Shown here: positions 1 to 11,632 of the stretch, one piece after another
Layout: the number at the start of each line of letters is the position of its first letter
Position numbering within the stretch: the stretch's first letter is position 1
Source of the DNA: Chrysemys picta bellii
Taxonomy: Eukaryota
Length of the DNA stretch: 64,000 nucleotides
Reading direction: 5' to 3'
Assembly: GCF_011386835.1 (NCBI RefSeq)
Contig: NC_088791.1
Coordinates: 88,722,001 to 88,786,000, forward strand
Program-made: the position numbers and the translations under genes
Notes under the pieces: model-generated
The model's input: only the letters and a program-made list of their open reading frames with translations
What the model was told of the DNA's origin: nothing
Database searches by the model: none

Positions 1-2559
1 TTTTCCCACCCCCATACCTCTGGGGTTCCAACTGGGCTGTGGTCTTCTCCCAGCGCTCCAGTCTGGAGGTCTGTGCTTTGGGCTCTCTTGGTTTAGAGCC
101 GCCCTTTTAACCTTGGCCACCCTCTGGAAAGGATCCTTTATGCTGGGCAAGGGTCCTAAAGCTGTTTTCCCCTTGTCCCAGGCCTTCCTCCCCCTCTGAC
201 AGGGGTCACAGGATCCGCAGTACTGTCGGACAGTAACAAAGACCCCAGGCCAGTAAAAGCTCCGTAGCAGCCTCTGCTGGGTACGCCAGGTTCCCTGGTG
301 CCCTGAGAGGGGAATGTCATGGGCCCGGCACAGCAGCTGGCGGCGATACTTCTGGGGTACCACCAGCTGCCTCCTGATCCCCCCTGACTCCATTTTCCCT
401 GGGGGAGCCCATTCTCGGTACAGGAACCCCTTCTCCCACAGGAACCTTTTCCGGCCACCTCGTTCCATGGTCTGTACCGCATTGAGGTCGGCCAGGTCCC
501 TTATCTTCCGCAAGGAGGGGTCTCTCTGTAACTCGGCCTGGAACTCAGCAGCTGGGACAGGGATGGCCACCTGCTCTTTCTCGCCCGCTGGGTCCGAAGC
601 TGCAGCCTCCCTGAGCCGCGTCCCTGGGCGTTCCCTCCCCACCAGGTTAGGGTCCTGCGCCTCAGGCAAGGCACCCCCCCCAAGGCCAGGGCGCAGGGCC
701 CCTCGCCGGCTCTGACTGCGGGTCACAACCAGTGCCTTTTGGGGGTTGCTTGGCCAGTTCTCCAGGTCCCCCCCCATCAATACCTCAGTGGGCAAATACG
801 GGTGTACCCCCACATCCTTGGGGCCCTCCTTGGCCCCCCACTTCAGGTGTACCCTTGCCACGGGCACTTTGACTGGTGTTCCGCCCACCCCCGTCAGGGT
901 CAGGTAGGAGTTGGGCACCACCTGATCTGGGGCCACCACCTCGGGCCGGGCCAGCGTCACCTCTGCGCCCGTATCCCAGTATCCATTGACCTTCCTCCCA
1001 TCCACCTCCAGGGGAACAAGGTACTCTCTCCGGAGGGACAGCCCCGCGCCCACCGTATAAACCAAAAACCCTGAGTCTGGGGCATCCAGCCCCCTAGAGG
1101 AGCTGGCCTGGGGCCCTTCTCTCTCTTGAGCAGTTGATAAGCTGCCAGCCCCTCTTGCGTGAGAAGCCTGCCCCTCGTCCGTCTGGGCCTCTACCAAGTT
1201 AACCCTATGCGGGTTCGGTCTGCTCAGTCTGTCCTTGAGCTTGGGGCACTGGGCCCGAACGTGGCCTCTTCGGCCGCAGTAATAGCAGCTCATGTCCTGT
1301 GGGTCCCCTCGAGCCGGTCGGTTGTCCCTGACGCTGGGCATTCCCCGTGGGAGGGGATTCCCCATATTCCCTCTTTGGGAGGTCCCAGGGTGACTCTCTC
1401 TCTGCATCACGGCGGGCCTGTTCCTTTGGGGCTCCTCCCTGCCACCCCCTGACCGGCTCTTTACAAACTCATCAGCCAGCTGCCCGGCGTGTCGCGGGTT
1501 CTCTGGCTTTCTGTCCACCAACCACAGCCTCAGGTCGGATGGGCACCGCTCATACAGTTGCTCCAGTACCAGCAGTTTAATCAGGTCCTCCTTCGTCTGG
1601 GCCCCACCAGCCCACTTGCTGGCATATCTTTCCATGCGGACGGCTAGTTGCAGATATGAGATCTCAGGGGTTTTATCTTGACTCCGGAACCTTCCCCGGT
1701 ACATCTCAGGAGTCAGCCCAAACTCACGTAGCAGGGCCTTTTTGAATAGTTCGTAGTCCCCTTTCTCTGCCTCTCCCAGTTGGCGGTACAATGCCACGGA
1801 TTTGGGGTCCAGTAAGGGGGTAAGGACCCGGAGTCTGTCCGCGGGATCAACCCGGTGCAGCTCGCAGGCCGTCTCAAAGGCCTCCAGGAAGTCATCCATG
1901 TCCTCCCCCTCCTTGTATGGGGCCATGATGCACTTATCAAAGCTCCGTGCAGTCCTGGGTCCCCCCTCACTCACCGCAGCCGGGGGTTCGCTGCCCCTCA
2001 GTCTCGCCAGTTCCAGTTCATGCTGACGCTGTCTCTCATTCTCCTGTCTCTGTCTCTCTTCATGCTGTCTTTGTCTCTCTTTCTCCTCCCGTTCATGCTG
2101 ACGCTGTCTCTCTTCATGCTGTCTCTGCTGTTCACGATCCTCCAGCTCTCTCAGTTTTAGCTCTTTCTCCCATTCCAGCCAATTCCGCTCCCCGGATGCC
2201 GAACGTCGCCGGGAGGCTCCTCTGCTGGCCGGCGAGCTTCGCCGGGGGGACCCCCTGCTGGCCGGGGGGGTCACGGCGCCTTCGGTATTTGCTGGGCTCC
2301 TCCCCACCCTTCCCCTAGGCATAGGAAGGAGGGGTCTCGGGAAGCCCTCAGCAGCCGGCTGACCACTCCCAGCTGGGACAGACACTGGTGCCTGTGCTGC
2401 ATTTGCCAGGCTGCTTCCCTGAGACACAGGGATCAGTTCATTCGCGCGATCTTCCGCCTCCAGCTGGGCGATGAGCTGTTCTTTGGTGAGCCTCCCAATG
2501 CGCAGCCGCCTCTGCTTGCACAGCTCCACCAGGTCGCTCTTAAGCCGCTTGGCATACAT
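1..2559 (-). CDS. Gypsy (Gmr1-like) gag-protease-integrase-zinc-finger polyprotein ORF, 853 codons, 3'-partial (runs off the window)
   Basis: ATG at 2559 (MYAKRLKSDLVELCKQRRL...). I read every codon down to position 1 and found no stop. Contains an ERQRQHE coiled coil, a capsid/SCAN-like region (PYKEGEDMDDFLEAFE...FGLTPEMYRGRFRS...LVLEQLYERCP), a CCHC knuckle (CYYCGRRGHVRAQC), protease YWDTGAEVT at ~960-980 and an integrase H2C2 motif (HDIPLSGH...FYWPGV...CGSCDPC). Confidence 0.9.
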   Translation of the reverse strand, partial: MYAKRLKSDLVELCKQRRLRIGRLTKEQLIAQLEAEDRANELIPVSQGSSLANAAQAPVSVPAGSGQPAAEGFPRPLLPMPRGRVGRSPANTEGAVTPPASRGSPRRSSPASRGASRRRSASGERNWLEWEKELKLRELEDREQQRQHEERQRQHEREEKERQRQHEERQRQENERQRQHELELARLRGSEPPAAVSEGGPRTARSFDKCIMAPYKEGEDMDDFLEAFETACELHRVDPADRLRVLTPLLDPKSVALYRQLGEAEKGDYELFKKALLREFGLTPEMYRGRFRSQDKTPEISYLQLAVRMERYASKWAGGAQTKEDLIKLLVLEQLYERCPSDLRLWLVDRKPENPRHAGQLADEFVKSRSGGGREEPQRNRPAVMQRESHPGTSQRGNMGNPLPRGMPSVRDNRPARGDPQDMSCYYCGRRGHVRAQCPKLKDRLSRPNPHRVNLVEAQTDEGQASHARGAGSLSTAQEREGPQASSSRGLDAPDSGFLVYTVGAGLSLRREYLVPLEVDGRKVNGYWDTGAEVTLARPEVVAPDQVVPNSYLTLTGVGGTPVKVPVARVHLKWGAKEGPKDVGVHPYLPTEVLMGGDLENWPSNPQKALVVTRSQSRRGALRPGLGGGALPEAQDPNLVGRERPGTRLREAAASDPAGEKEQVAIPVPAAEFQAELQRDPSLRKIRDLADLNAVQTMERGGRKRFLWEKGFLYREWAPPGKMESGGIRRQLVVPQKYRRQLLCRAHDIPLSGHQGTWRTQQRLLRSFYWPGVFVTVRQYCGSCDPCQRGRKAWDKGKTALGPLPSIKDPFQRVAKVKRAALNQESPKHRPPDWSAGRRPQPSWNPRGMGVGK

Positions 2560-2880
2560 CTTCCTGCTGGCCACTCACCGGCCTGTGTGCTCACAGCTCC
2601 CCACAGTTTGCAGGGGGCCCCCTAGTGTGCCAGCCCTTCTCGAGGTCACCACCTCTCTGCCAGGGTCGAGCTGCAGACTCCTCCGCCCCTGGGACCACTC
2701 GCTGTGATCCCCCCCGGGGGACCCTGTTACTGCAAAAGTCCTTCTCGCTGGTCACACACTCCCAGGGGTAATAACCGTCTCTCTCCCACTCTTCAGCAGG
2801 CCTGGTCCCCGTCAATCCCCCTTCGTTTTACTGCTCCCCAGTCACTTACTGCAGGAAGCGCCGTCCACGGGGTGCAGTAG

Positions 2881-2898
2881 ATCCCGCCGCTGCCACCA
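2881..2898 (-). promoter_or_regulatory. Primer-binding site complementary to the 3' end of tRNA-Leu
   Basis: Minus strand reads TGGTGGCAGCGGCGGGAT, 2 nt after the LTR end. It matches the vertebrate tRNA-Leu 3' end ATCCCACCGCTGCCACCA with 1 mismatch. Confidence 0.8.
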
Positions 2899-2900
2899 GT

Positions 2901-3372
2901 TGTCACGGAGTATTGGGGAACTCAGGGCCCTGCACCCCCGGCTTCCTGCGATTCACCATGACTCTCAGCCAGCCAGTAAAGCAGAAGGTTTATTTGGATG
3001 ACAGGAATACAGTCCAAGACAGGTCTTGCAGGCACAGACAACAGGGCCCCCCTCAGTTAGGTCCAGCTTGGGGTCCCAGGGCATGCCAGCCCACCCCCCT
3101 TGGGGGGTCAGAGCCATCTCTGCCTCCCAGCCATCTCTCCAGCCTGCTTCCAGCCTGCTTCCAGCACTCTCCTTCCGCGACCCCTCCCACCGCCTTTGTT
3201 CAGTTTCCCGGGCCCCGGAGTCATCTGACCTCCAACCCCCTCCTGGGTTCTCATGTTACAAGCTCAGGTATGTTCCCTTGGGCCGGCTCCCATCCCCCGA
3301 TGCAGACCATCCTAGTCACACTCCCCTGTCAGCATTCACACACCCCAGCAAGAACAGTCCCGGTTCGTCACA
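2901..3372 (-). repeat. 5' LTR (472 bp) of the first Gypsy element
   Basis: TGT...ACA termini, AATAAA on the minus strand, adjacent PBS. Its 3' part is similar to the solo LTR at 41496-41943. Confidence 0.88.
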
Positions 3373-4046
3373 TCCCCCCCTAGAATGCCATGCAGCTGAT
3401 CTTAGAAGCAGCATGTATGGGGCTCTGACCCAGAGTGACTGTTTGCCTCCTTTGTCTTTTGGTAGGCTTGTCTGAGCTCCTTGACTTTCATACGGCACTG
3501 CTGTTTGTCCCTGTTGTAGCCTCTGTCCGTCATGCCCTGTGCGATTTTGGCATATATATTAGCATTTCTTCTTTTTGAGCCAAGTTCTGCCTACAGAGAT
3601 TCTTCTCCCCATACAGCAATCAGATTCAGTGTCTCGCATTCACTCCATGCTGGAGCTCGTTTGCGATTCTGGGGGGACTGCATGGTCTCCTGTGCCACTG
3701 AGTTCGCCACGCTGACCAAACAGGAAATGAAATTCAAAAGTTCCCGGGGCTTTTCCCATGTACCTGGCTAGTGCATCGGAGTTGAAAGTGCTGTCCAGAG
3801 CAGTCACATTGGAGCACTCTGGGATAGGTCCTGGAGGCCAATAATGTTGATTTGCGTCTGCACTACTCCAAATTTGACCCAGCGAGGTCGATTTTAGTGC
3901 TACTCCCCTAGCCAGGGAGGAGTACAGAAGTCGATTTTAAGAGCCCTTTAGGTTGACGGAATGGGTTTGCTTGCGTAGACACATTTATTATAAAATTGAC
4001 CTAATGCAGCTAAATTCAACCTAACCCTGTAGTGTAGACCAGGGCT
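3373..4046 (-). mobile_element. PIF/Harbinger transposon end with decayed Myb/SANT-like ORF (target of the Gypsy insertion)
   Basis: Minus translation ETLNLIAVWGEES*AELGSKRRNANIYAKIAQG...QCRMKVKELRQAYQK is a trihelix/Myb-SANT domain with stops. Terminus GTAGTGTAGACCAGGGC at ~4030-4046. Confidence 0.75.
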
Positions 4047-4119
4047 TTATATTCTTTAACCTATTTTTTCCCTATTTTGGCTTATATTCCTTCTCCCTTG
4101 TTGTGAATATTAATTGTGT

Positions 4120-4690
4120 TGAATATCTGGTCAGCATTAAATGTTTTAGGGAAGACTGAAGGAAAAGGGGTATTAAACATCTCAGCTTTCTTGATGTAAC
4201 CACTTATTAGCTCTCCTGTCCTGCTGAGTAAAGGACTACACTGTCCTACATCTTTATCTTGCTGCTGGTGTATTTAAAGAACCTCTTCTTGTTGCCTTTT
4301 ATGTCCCTGGCTAGGTCTAATTCAATTTGTGCCTTAGCTGTTTTGATTTTTTTCCTACCTGCTTGTGTTATTCGTTTGTATTCCTCCTGAGTAATTTGTC
4401 CATGTGTCCACTTTTGCTAGGATTCCTTTTTGATTTTCAGGTTATTAAAGTGCTCCTGATGGAACCATATTGGCTCCTTACTATTTTGTCCATCTTTACT
4501 TCACACTGGGATAGTTCCCAGTTGGATCTTTTATATTGTCTTCTTGAGAAACTGCCAGCTCTCCTGAACTCCCTTTTCCCCTAGATTTGCTTCGCATGGT
4601 AACTTGCCTACCAGTTCTCTGTGTTTGTTAAAGTCTACCTTTTTTAAGTCCATTGGCCTTATTCTGCTGCTAAAATGTCTGTCTCTCTGG
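4120..4690 (-). mobile_element. CR1 LINE ORF2 fragment
   Basis: Minus translation DLKKVDFNKHRELVGKLPCEANLGEKGVQESWQFLKKTI is typical of the CR1 endonuclease-RT linker. Confidence 0.75.
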
Positions 4691-4718
4691 TTACTTCCTC
4701 CACTTTCTGAAACAAAAA

Positions 4719-7333
4719 GTTCTTCTTTGAGTGCTTGTTCATGTCCATTCCAATCAGGTGTGTGCGTCCGCATGTGCACGTTGGCTGGAAGATTTTTCCC
4801 CTAGCAATATCCATTCGGTCGGCCTGGGTGCCCCCTGAAGTCGCACCCTCATGGCATCTAATATATAGCCCTGCTGACTCACCACCCCTTCAGTTCCTTC
4901 TTACCGTCAGTGACCATGGCTGGAACTTCCCTTAGCTCTTGCACTGCAAGTTCACTCTCTATCCGGTTGTATATAGTTAGTTGTTAGTGTTGTCAGAGTT
5001 ATTAGAGTTTAGTATAGTGTTTGTTGGGGGGTCCCCCCGACCCACTTTGGTTCCCAGAGCAGTGGTATGTCACGGTCCCCAGGTTTCAAAAACTGTGTGG
5101 CCTTCGCCAAATGCATGCCCAAAAGTGACCCGCACTCATCGTGTCTACGGTGCCTGGGGCAGACCCATCAGAAAGATCTCTGTAAGATCTGCTGTGAGTT
5201 CCGTCCGAGAACTCTTAAGAAAAGGGAACAGCGGCTCAAAGTGATCCTCATGCAGGCAGCTCTATGTCCCCACTCTGACCTGGGCTTGGGACATCCGACC
5301 CCTACGGCGTAGTACTCTATGCGGAGTGCCCCGGCACCATAGGCGAGCTTGGCGCTGAGAAAGGACTCTTCCAGAGACGCTCGGCACTGTCATTACTCCT
5401 CACGGGGCCCATCTGACAGTAGGCACTGCTCCCACTTGCCGGTGCCTCAAAAGAAGAAAAAGCTGGACGATCGTTCTCCTCTGGCTAAGCCATGAGATGT
5501 GTGACCCCAGGTGGGCCACTCCTCAGGATCTCTTTCCCGGGCTGTGTTGACTCCTGCCCAGGTGCAGCAGTTGAGTCCGGCCCCGCCTCAAACACCAGAG
5601 CCTATACAGCAGCTGCAGCCCCCGTCCACGCCAAAAGCATACTAGGCTGCTCGGGACCTCCTCCACCTGACGGCACTGTTCTTGCCTGTCAGGGAGGAAC
5701 TCTCAGTGCCGGTGAACCCACATCCTCCGGTGCATTCGAAGGGGAAGCCGGCTATGATGTCATGTCGCCATGTCCCTCGGAGCCTACCTGCTCCGACAGA
5801 ACCTACTTGCTCCCCGAGCTCTCAATGTTCAAGGCACCGAGGACTGGCTCCTCCGTGGTCTTCAGTGTCTGAGACCTCGGAGTCAGAGTCCAACTCCTAT
5901 CGCTCTGGTAGGAGCAGAAGTCACACATCAAGGTCCGGTAGAGACAAAAGAGAGCCCCAGGTGTGGCCTTTGCAGTGGCAGAATCCACCTCAGTGGCCCT
6001 TCTGGACCCCCTGTGCTTTTCACCAGCACCAAGCAGGAACCCAAGTAACATCCCAAGGAACCTCAGTAACATCTTCCGTGGCCTTCGCCACCATCGTGCC
6101 ACCTTCCGCTGCACATCTACGCTCGGCACCATCGGTCCTGATGCCTCTGCCTCCGGCACCATGCTCAGCTCCGACCTCGGCATCACCTTTCACAACGTCG
6201 ATGCATCCGTCTCTCATGCCTGCACCATTGTCGACGTCGACCTTGATGCAGGAACCTGTGAGCATGGCAATGCAGCTCCCTCCTGTAGGACTGATGCCAC
6301 TGACTATGCCAGTTCCGACGTCCATAGCCCCAGCACCGTCAGCAGTGCAACTGCCTCCGATTTTGCCCCCGGAGTCACGTGACCCCTCGGTAGGGAGGTA
6401 GATGGAACTTCCACTACCGGCACACACTTCATCCTCCTCATTGCTGGATGAAGCATTGGCGGGGACAGCCATAGCCCCTGCGTTAGAGGACAACAGAGTT
6501 GTGCAGCAGTTGCTGTGCAGGGCTGCCCAGGGTCTGGACATCAAGGCTGAGGACATGGTAGGGGAAGGGATCCCATGGTGGATATCCTGGCACCCTCGGG
6601 ACCTTCACATATAGACTTGACTCTTATAAAGACCATTGTGGACTCCACTGAGACCCTGTGGCAGATGCCGGCATCCTTGCCACCTACTGCCAAGCACAGC
6701 TGGTTTCAGCCCAGCGCATTTCATCATGGATCGTGGCCTGTATCAGTGAGTGCTACACTCTAGCAGGGGTTCCCACACCTCCGATCACAGCGCACTCTAC
6801 CAGGGCACAGGCTTCATTGACACCCAGAAAATCTGCAGGGCAGCGACATGGTCATCCATACACACTTTTGCTGCACACTATGCAATCACCCGGCAGGCCA
6901 GAGACGATGTGACCTTAGGAAGAGCAGAACTCCAATCAGTGGACATCTCCGACCCCTCCTCCTGAATTTGGCTTGGGAGTCACCTGATTGGAATGGACAT
7001 GAACAAGCACTCGAAGAAGAAAAACGGTTACTCACTTCTCGTAACTGCTGTGCTTTGAGATGTGTTGTTCGTGTCCATTCCAATACCCATCCTCCTACCC
7101 CTCTGTCGGAGTAGCCAGCAAGAAGGAACTGAAGGGGTGGCGGGTCACCAGGGCTATATATTAGGCACCATGAGGTCATGACTCCAAGGGGAGCCCAGAC
7201 CGACCCGATGGATGTTGGTAGGGGAAAAATCTTCTGGCCAATGTGCCCGTGCGTGCGCACACAAATGATTGGAATGGACATGAACAACACATCTCAAAGA
7301 ACAACAGTTATGAGAAGTGAGTAACCATTTTTT
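4719..7333 (+). mobile_element. DIRS1-like tyrosine-recombinase retrotransposon, internally deleted
   Basis: Inverted terminal repeats at ~4719-4912 and ~7120-7333. The ICR at ~6976-7090 is complementary to both termini. Broken gag-like ORF1 from ATG 5067 (CLRCLG..H...CKIC). YR C-terminus AHSTRAQAS...ICRAATWSSIHTFAAHY at ~6710-6960. Confidence 0.88.
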
Positions 7334-7341
7334 GGCCCCAT

Positions 7342-7690
7342 TGTGATGGGTGGACCCCCCTTCTGGGTGCCACCTGATGTGCTAGGGCCAACCTGTCCAC
7401 CAGCCTGGGTCCCCTCCCCCCACGCTGTGCTGTTGTGTCAGGCTCTCCAATCCCCTTCCAGCACAAACACAGGTAGGGACATGCCCAGCTGTGGAATCAC
7501 ACAGCATCTGCAATCAGCTCTATGTGGGAGGACTCAGTTCGGGGAATTGCCCATCTCTTTGGTGCACACCTGCTCTGGAGTGTAAACCCAAAATTGTATT
7601 GTCTTGCACTGTATACAAATGTGTACAGCATAAGCTCATAATATTCACCTCCTCCCTTAATGTGGAGGAAGATATACACAGCATTTTTTC
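7342..7690. mobile_element. LTR fragment (Gypsy-type)
   Basis: Starts TGTGATGGG and resembles reptile LTR families. The far end could not be defined. Confidence 0.5.
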
Positions 7691-8254
7691 ATTCTGTTTT
7701 GCTTTTTAAGTGGGGAATGGGGGGACACCACTTAGGATAGAGTTGGACAGCCAGTGATACTTGGCAACAAGTCAAGTTGTTATGTATATATTATGCATTT
7801 TATGTTTTTGTTTTAACCTCTCTTTTTGTGCTCTTCCCTCTCCCTCTCTGGTTCCCTCTTCTATAGCCCCTTATGACACCCATTCTCTGTACCCCTTCCC
7901 AGAGCCCTTTGGACAAGCAACACTCAGGACAATTATACCCTATCCGATTGTGATTTACATCAAACTTCTGCCTTTGCTGGCACCTTATGCTCATGCCTCC
8001 CCACAATTCTCCTGAATCTACTTTATTCCCTGGAAGTCTGGCAAGTGGCAAGCATCAGACAAGGTAATCCAACAACTATGAAATAAATGTCTGAAGCATT
8101 TCATCCATATACTCCCCCTCCTTTCCACCCTGTGGAATTCTGTGTGGGGAGTAGAATGGGATTCAACAGAGCAAATAATGCAAACATTTCATCACCCTCA
8201 TAAGATCACACATTAAAATAATGATAACGATAATAACTCTTAACCAGCCAACAG

Positions 8255-11060
8255 ATCCTGAATTTCAATTTTATTTCCTGGAATGTAAAGGGATTCACCA
8301 CTCCAATTCAAAGGATAAGGGGGATAAAAGCATTCTCATTATTAAAGAGAGCAAAGATCAATGTAGTTCTTTTGCAGAAGATACACTTGACCACAGATGA
8401 GGCTGCTAAATTAGAATGTGACTGGGTAGGAAAAACAATGTTTTGCTACTTCTCATTCCTATCCAGAGGAATAGCAATCCTCTTCCATACAGTACTGGCA
8501 ATAATAGTGTCTGAGTCAATTTCAAATGATCAGTGCAGATCTTTAATCCTTAAAGTCACCAGAAATGGATTTGAGCTAGTCATTGCTAATATACTTTTTT
8601 AACTTCTTTATATGGAGCACCCCATCTCCCTACTGTAATTGTTGGGGATTTTAATTAAGTGCTTTAAATGGATAAATCTGCCGGTAGGGTCATAAGCCAA
8701 CCAAAAGTAGAATGGCCCTGGAATTGCGTATGTAAGCGGGGGGATGGTCCTGCTATTATGGGGAACTTTTCTGGATTATAAATTACCCTGGTGAAATGGG
8801 CTAGCAAACGGAGTCCTCGCTCCCACTCCCTTTACCCAGAGGCCTGCCTGACCTCAAGGGTTCCCCTTCCACTCTCCTGTGTGGTAGAATCCTTGTAACC
8901 CCAACAAGGCTGGGCCCAGGATTCCTGGGGGATGGGGGCTCCCCCAACCCTGTAGTGGTCACTTAGCACAGGGGCTAGGGTGTCCCCACTCCAGGGTTCT
9001 CTCTCCGCACTGGATGCTTCCCTGACCTACTGAGCATTACATACAATTCAAAGCAGATACAATTTATTTAACAGCAATCAGTTTAAAAAAAATAAGGAAA
9101 AATGGGAAAGGTTAAAGTAAAACACATAACCCTGCTCTGTGGCATGGGGACATCACAAACAGCAGTCTCTGGAATGTAAGGGAAGTTCACAGTCTATTCC
9201 TCACATGTGCCAGGCCTCCTTCTCAGGCCCTGTCTGTGCTGCAGGGATGTTACTGGTCGGACACTCACTCGGGCTGTGACCACACGCCCTCAGGCTCTAG
9301 GTGGCAGGACTCTTCTTCCCAATGTCGGCCCCCTGTCGGAGTTACAATCCCCCTCCAAAGTTGCACCAGCCCTAAAGGACAGCTGTTATCTTGTTACTTT
9401 TAGAATAAACTCTTTGCCTCTGGATGTTTTTCTACAATTAGCACAGACCTTGAAAACTGACAGGCCTGTTTCAATTAGCACAAACTTAGCAGGTTGAGAG
9501 AGCAGGCTGAGAGACATATTTCTTTCTAATGGTCAGGACAAATCCAGGGTCTGTTCTGGAATAATTTTTCTTACAATTTCCACAACATAAATGTTATTAA
9601 TTATTACTTTTAATCCAACAATTGTGCCCCAGTCCTTTTCAAATAGGAACAGAACTGCATAAGAAACAGACATGTAGATGGAGACTTAATTCTTCGCTTT
9701 TATTAGATCCCCATTAAATATATATATATATTGAAAAAGGAATTGGCCTTTTCCTGGAGACAAACGAACCCTGAACATCTTCTAGCAGGATGTTGTTGGA
9801 GACTCTCAAGGCCTATTTGAGAGATCGAATTATTAGTTTAATGACTGCCAAGAAGAAGAAATATGAAGAAAATTTGAGTGGCCTGAAAAAAAAAAAAGTA
9901 ATAGAGCTTGATTTGTCTTATGCCATAGCCCCATCTCCAGATTTGTTGTGATCCCTGATCAATAATAGATATGAACTCAATGAGCTGCACTTGGCACAGC
10001 CTGAACTCACCCTATTTTGACTCAATAGTATTTCTGGAAATGGGATGAAAAAGCAAGCAAGTTGCTGGTATATCAACTAAGACAAAAGGCTTCTGTGTGT
10101 AGAATCATGGTCTTCTGTGATAAACATGGTAAATTACATACATTGCCCAATGAGATTAATAAATACTTCTTTAATTTCTACAAAGATCTGTACAAACCCA
10201 TCCACAGACGATTTGGATCGATTTTTTCAAAAATATTACATTACCACAAATTACTGCAGCCCAGTGTGGAAAACTTGATGCTCCCCTGAGGATGACTTAA
10301 GTGAGGTGATTAAGAATATGAAAGTGGGGAAAGTCTCAGGCCCAGATAAGTTCCCCACGAATTCTATAGACACTTCTTTGAACTTCTATCTGTCAAGATA
10401 ATTGAAATGTTTAATGAGTCATTTCTAGAAGGCACCCTTCCTCATATGCTGAGGGCAGTCCAAATATTAGTTATTCCTAAATGAGGAAGAGATGGTGAGA
10501 TGCCACACTATGTTCCAACTGCAGGCCAATTTCCTTTATTAATAGTGGTATCAGAATACTGTAGTGGCAAAAGTTCTGGGAATGAGACTGGAGAAGGTTT
10601 TAAGCTCTATCATGCATCCAAATCAGTTGGGTTTGTCAGAGACTTTCTTGGCTCTGATAACCTTTGACAAAGTTAATCATATCATACAATAGCAGTAAAA
10701 TATGGTGACCCTGAACCACAACCTGTTTTAGCCTTAGTTGCAGAAAATGCTTTTGAGAGGGTAAGCTGGAGGTATATTCTGTACTCTACAAAAATTTGTA
10801 TTTGTACCCATGTTTAGTTCCTACATCCAACTGTTACATTTTTTTCCCCAACCTCTCACCTCACAACCAGCAAAGTGACCTTGAATATTTTCAGCCTCTG
10901 CAGAGGAACTAGGCAAGTGTGACTGTTGTGTCTATTACTTTTTGATTTGGCTCTTGAGGCCCTGACAATATCTATACAGTCTCATCCAGATATCCAAGGC
11001 ATATAACTTGGTTTCATGTTGATGTTATATGCAGAGGATGTCCTGTTGTATTAATTTAGA
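8255..11060 (+). mobile_element. Decayed L1/Tx1-clade LINE ORF2 (APE endonuclease + RT)
   Basis: Motifs in order: FISWNVKG, LLQKIHL, RGIAIL, IVGDFN, KVSGPDKF, RPISFIN, AENAFERVSW, RGTRQ, LYAEDVLLY. Many stops and frameshifts. Confidence 0.85.
8731..9400. mobile_element. LTR-derived insertion inside the L1
   Basis: Begins TGTAAGCGGGGGGATGG and interrupts the L1 after the endonuclease domain. Right end is approximate. Confidence 0.5.
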
Positions 11061-11101
11061 TGGAATATATAGACCCAAAGAGTCCAATGTATTAACAAGA
11101 C

Positions 11102-11632
11102 TGTGACGGGGCGTGCATACCCCACACTAGGCAGTAAAGGGTTAATCCCACACTATGGGCGGAGGAAGTGCCATCCCTTAGACCAGACTGGGCACGCTCC
11201 AAATGCTGCACTAGTATAAAGGAGAGAAGACCACCTCATTCTGGATTGACAGCCGGGGAGGAAGGACACTCGGTGGAGGCTCAAGCCTGGGAGCTGCTTC
11301 AGCCCCCGATTGCAGGAACCAGAGAGCTTGAGGCCCAGACTGGAGACCGGTTGCCCCCAACCAGTTGACAGGAGTTGGAGTCCCAACCAGCTACCCATAC
11401 CAAGGAACTCAGAGATTCTGATGACAAACAGACCCTGGCTTCGAGACTCACAGTAGGAAGTGGCCTAGAGGTCTGTAGTGAGTGGTACCTCGCACCTGAA
11501 GAGAATCAGTGTGTTGCAAAAGGATCCCCGCTCACTGGGTGGTGACCACACTCAGCGCTGACAGGATCCTGGGCCGGAACCCCCTACCACCTCTGCTGCC
11601 ACCCACCCCTGGGTGGTGGTCCACTTCTTTGA
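11102..11632 (+). mobile_element. LTR fragment
   Basis: Starts TGTGACGGGG, has a TATAAA at ~11215, and is abruptly more GC-rich than its flanks. 3' end truncated. Confidence 0.5.

Larger units (their letters stand above)
1..3372 (-). mobile_element. Gypsy/Gmr1-like LTR retrotransposon, 5' part
   Basis: 5' LTR, primer-binding site and gag-pro-IN ORF lie in the correct order on the minus strand. Confidence 0.92.

Noticed and set aside
2881-2898. tRNA-Leu gene (also 38727-38746)
   Set aside because: Only 18 nt complementary to the tRNA 3' end including CCA. These are primer-binding sites.
5682-6556. Long Pro/Ser-rich ORFs on both strands
   Set aside because: Low-complexity fragments and shadows of the broken DIRS ORF1.
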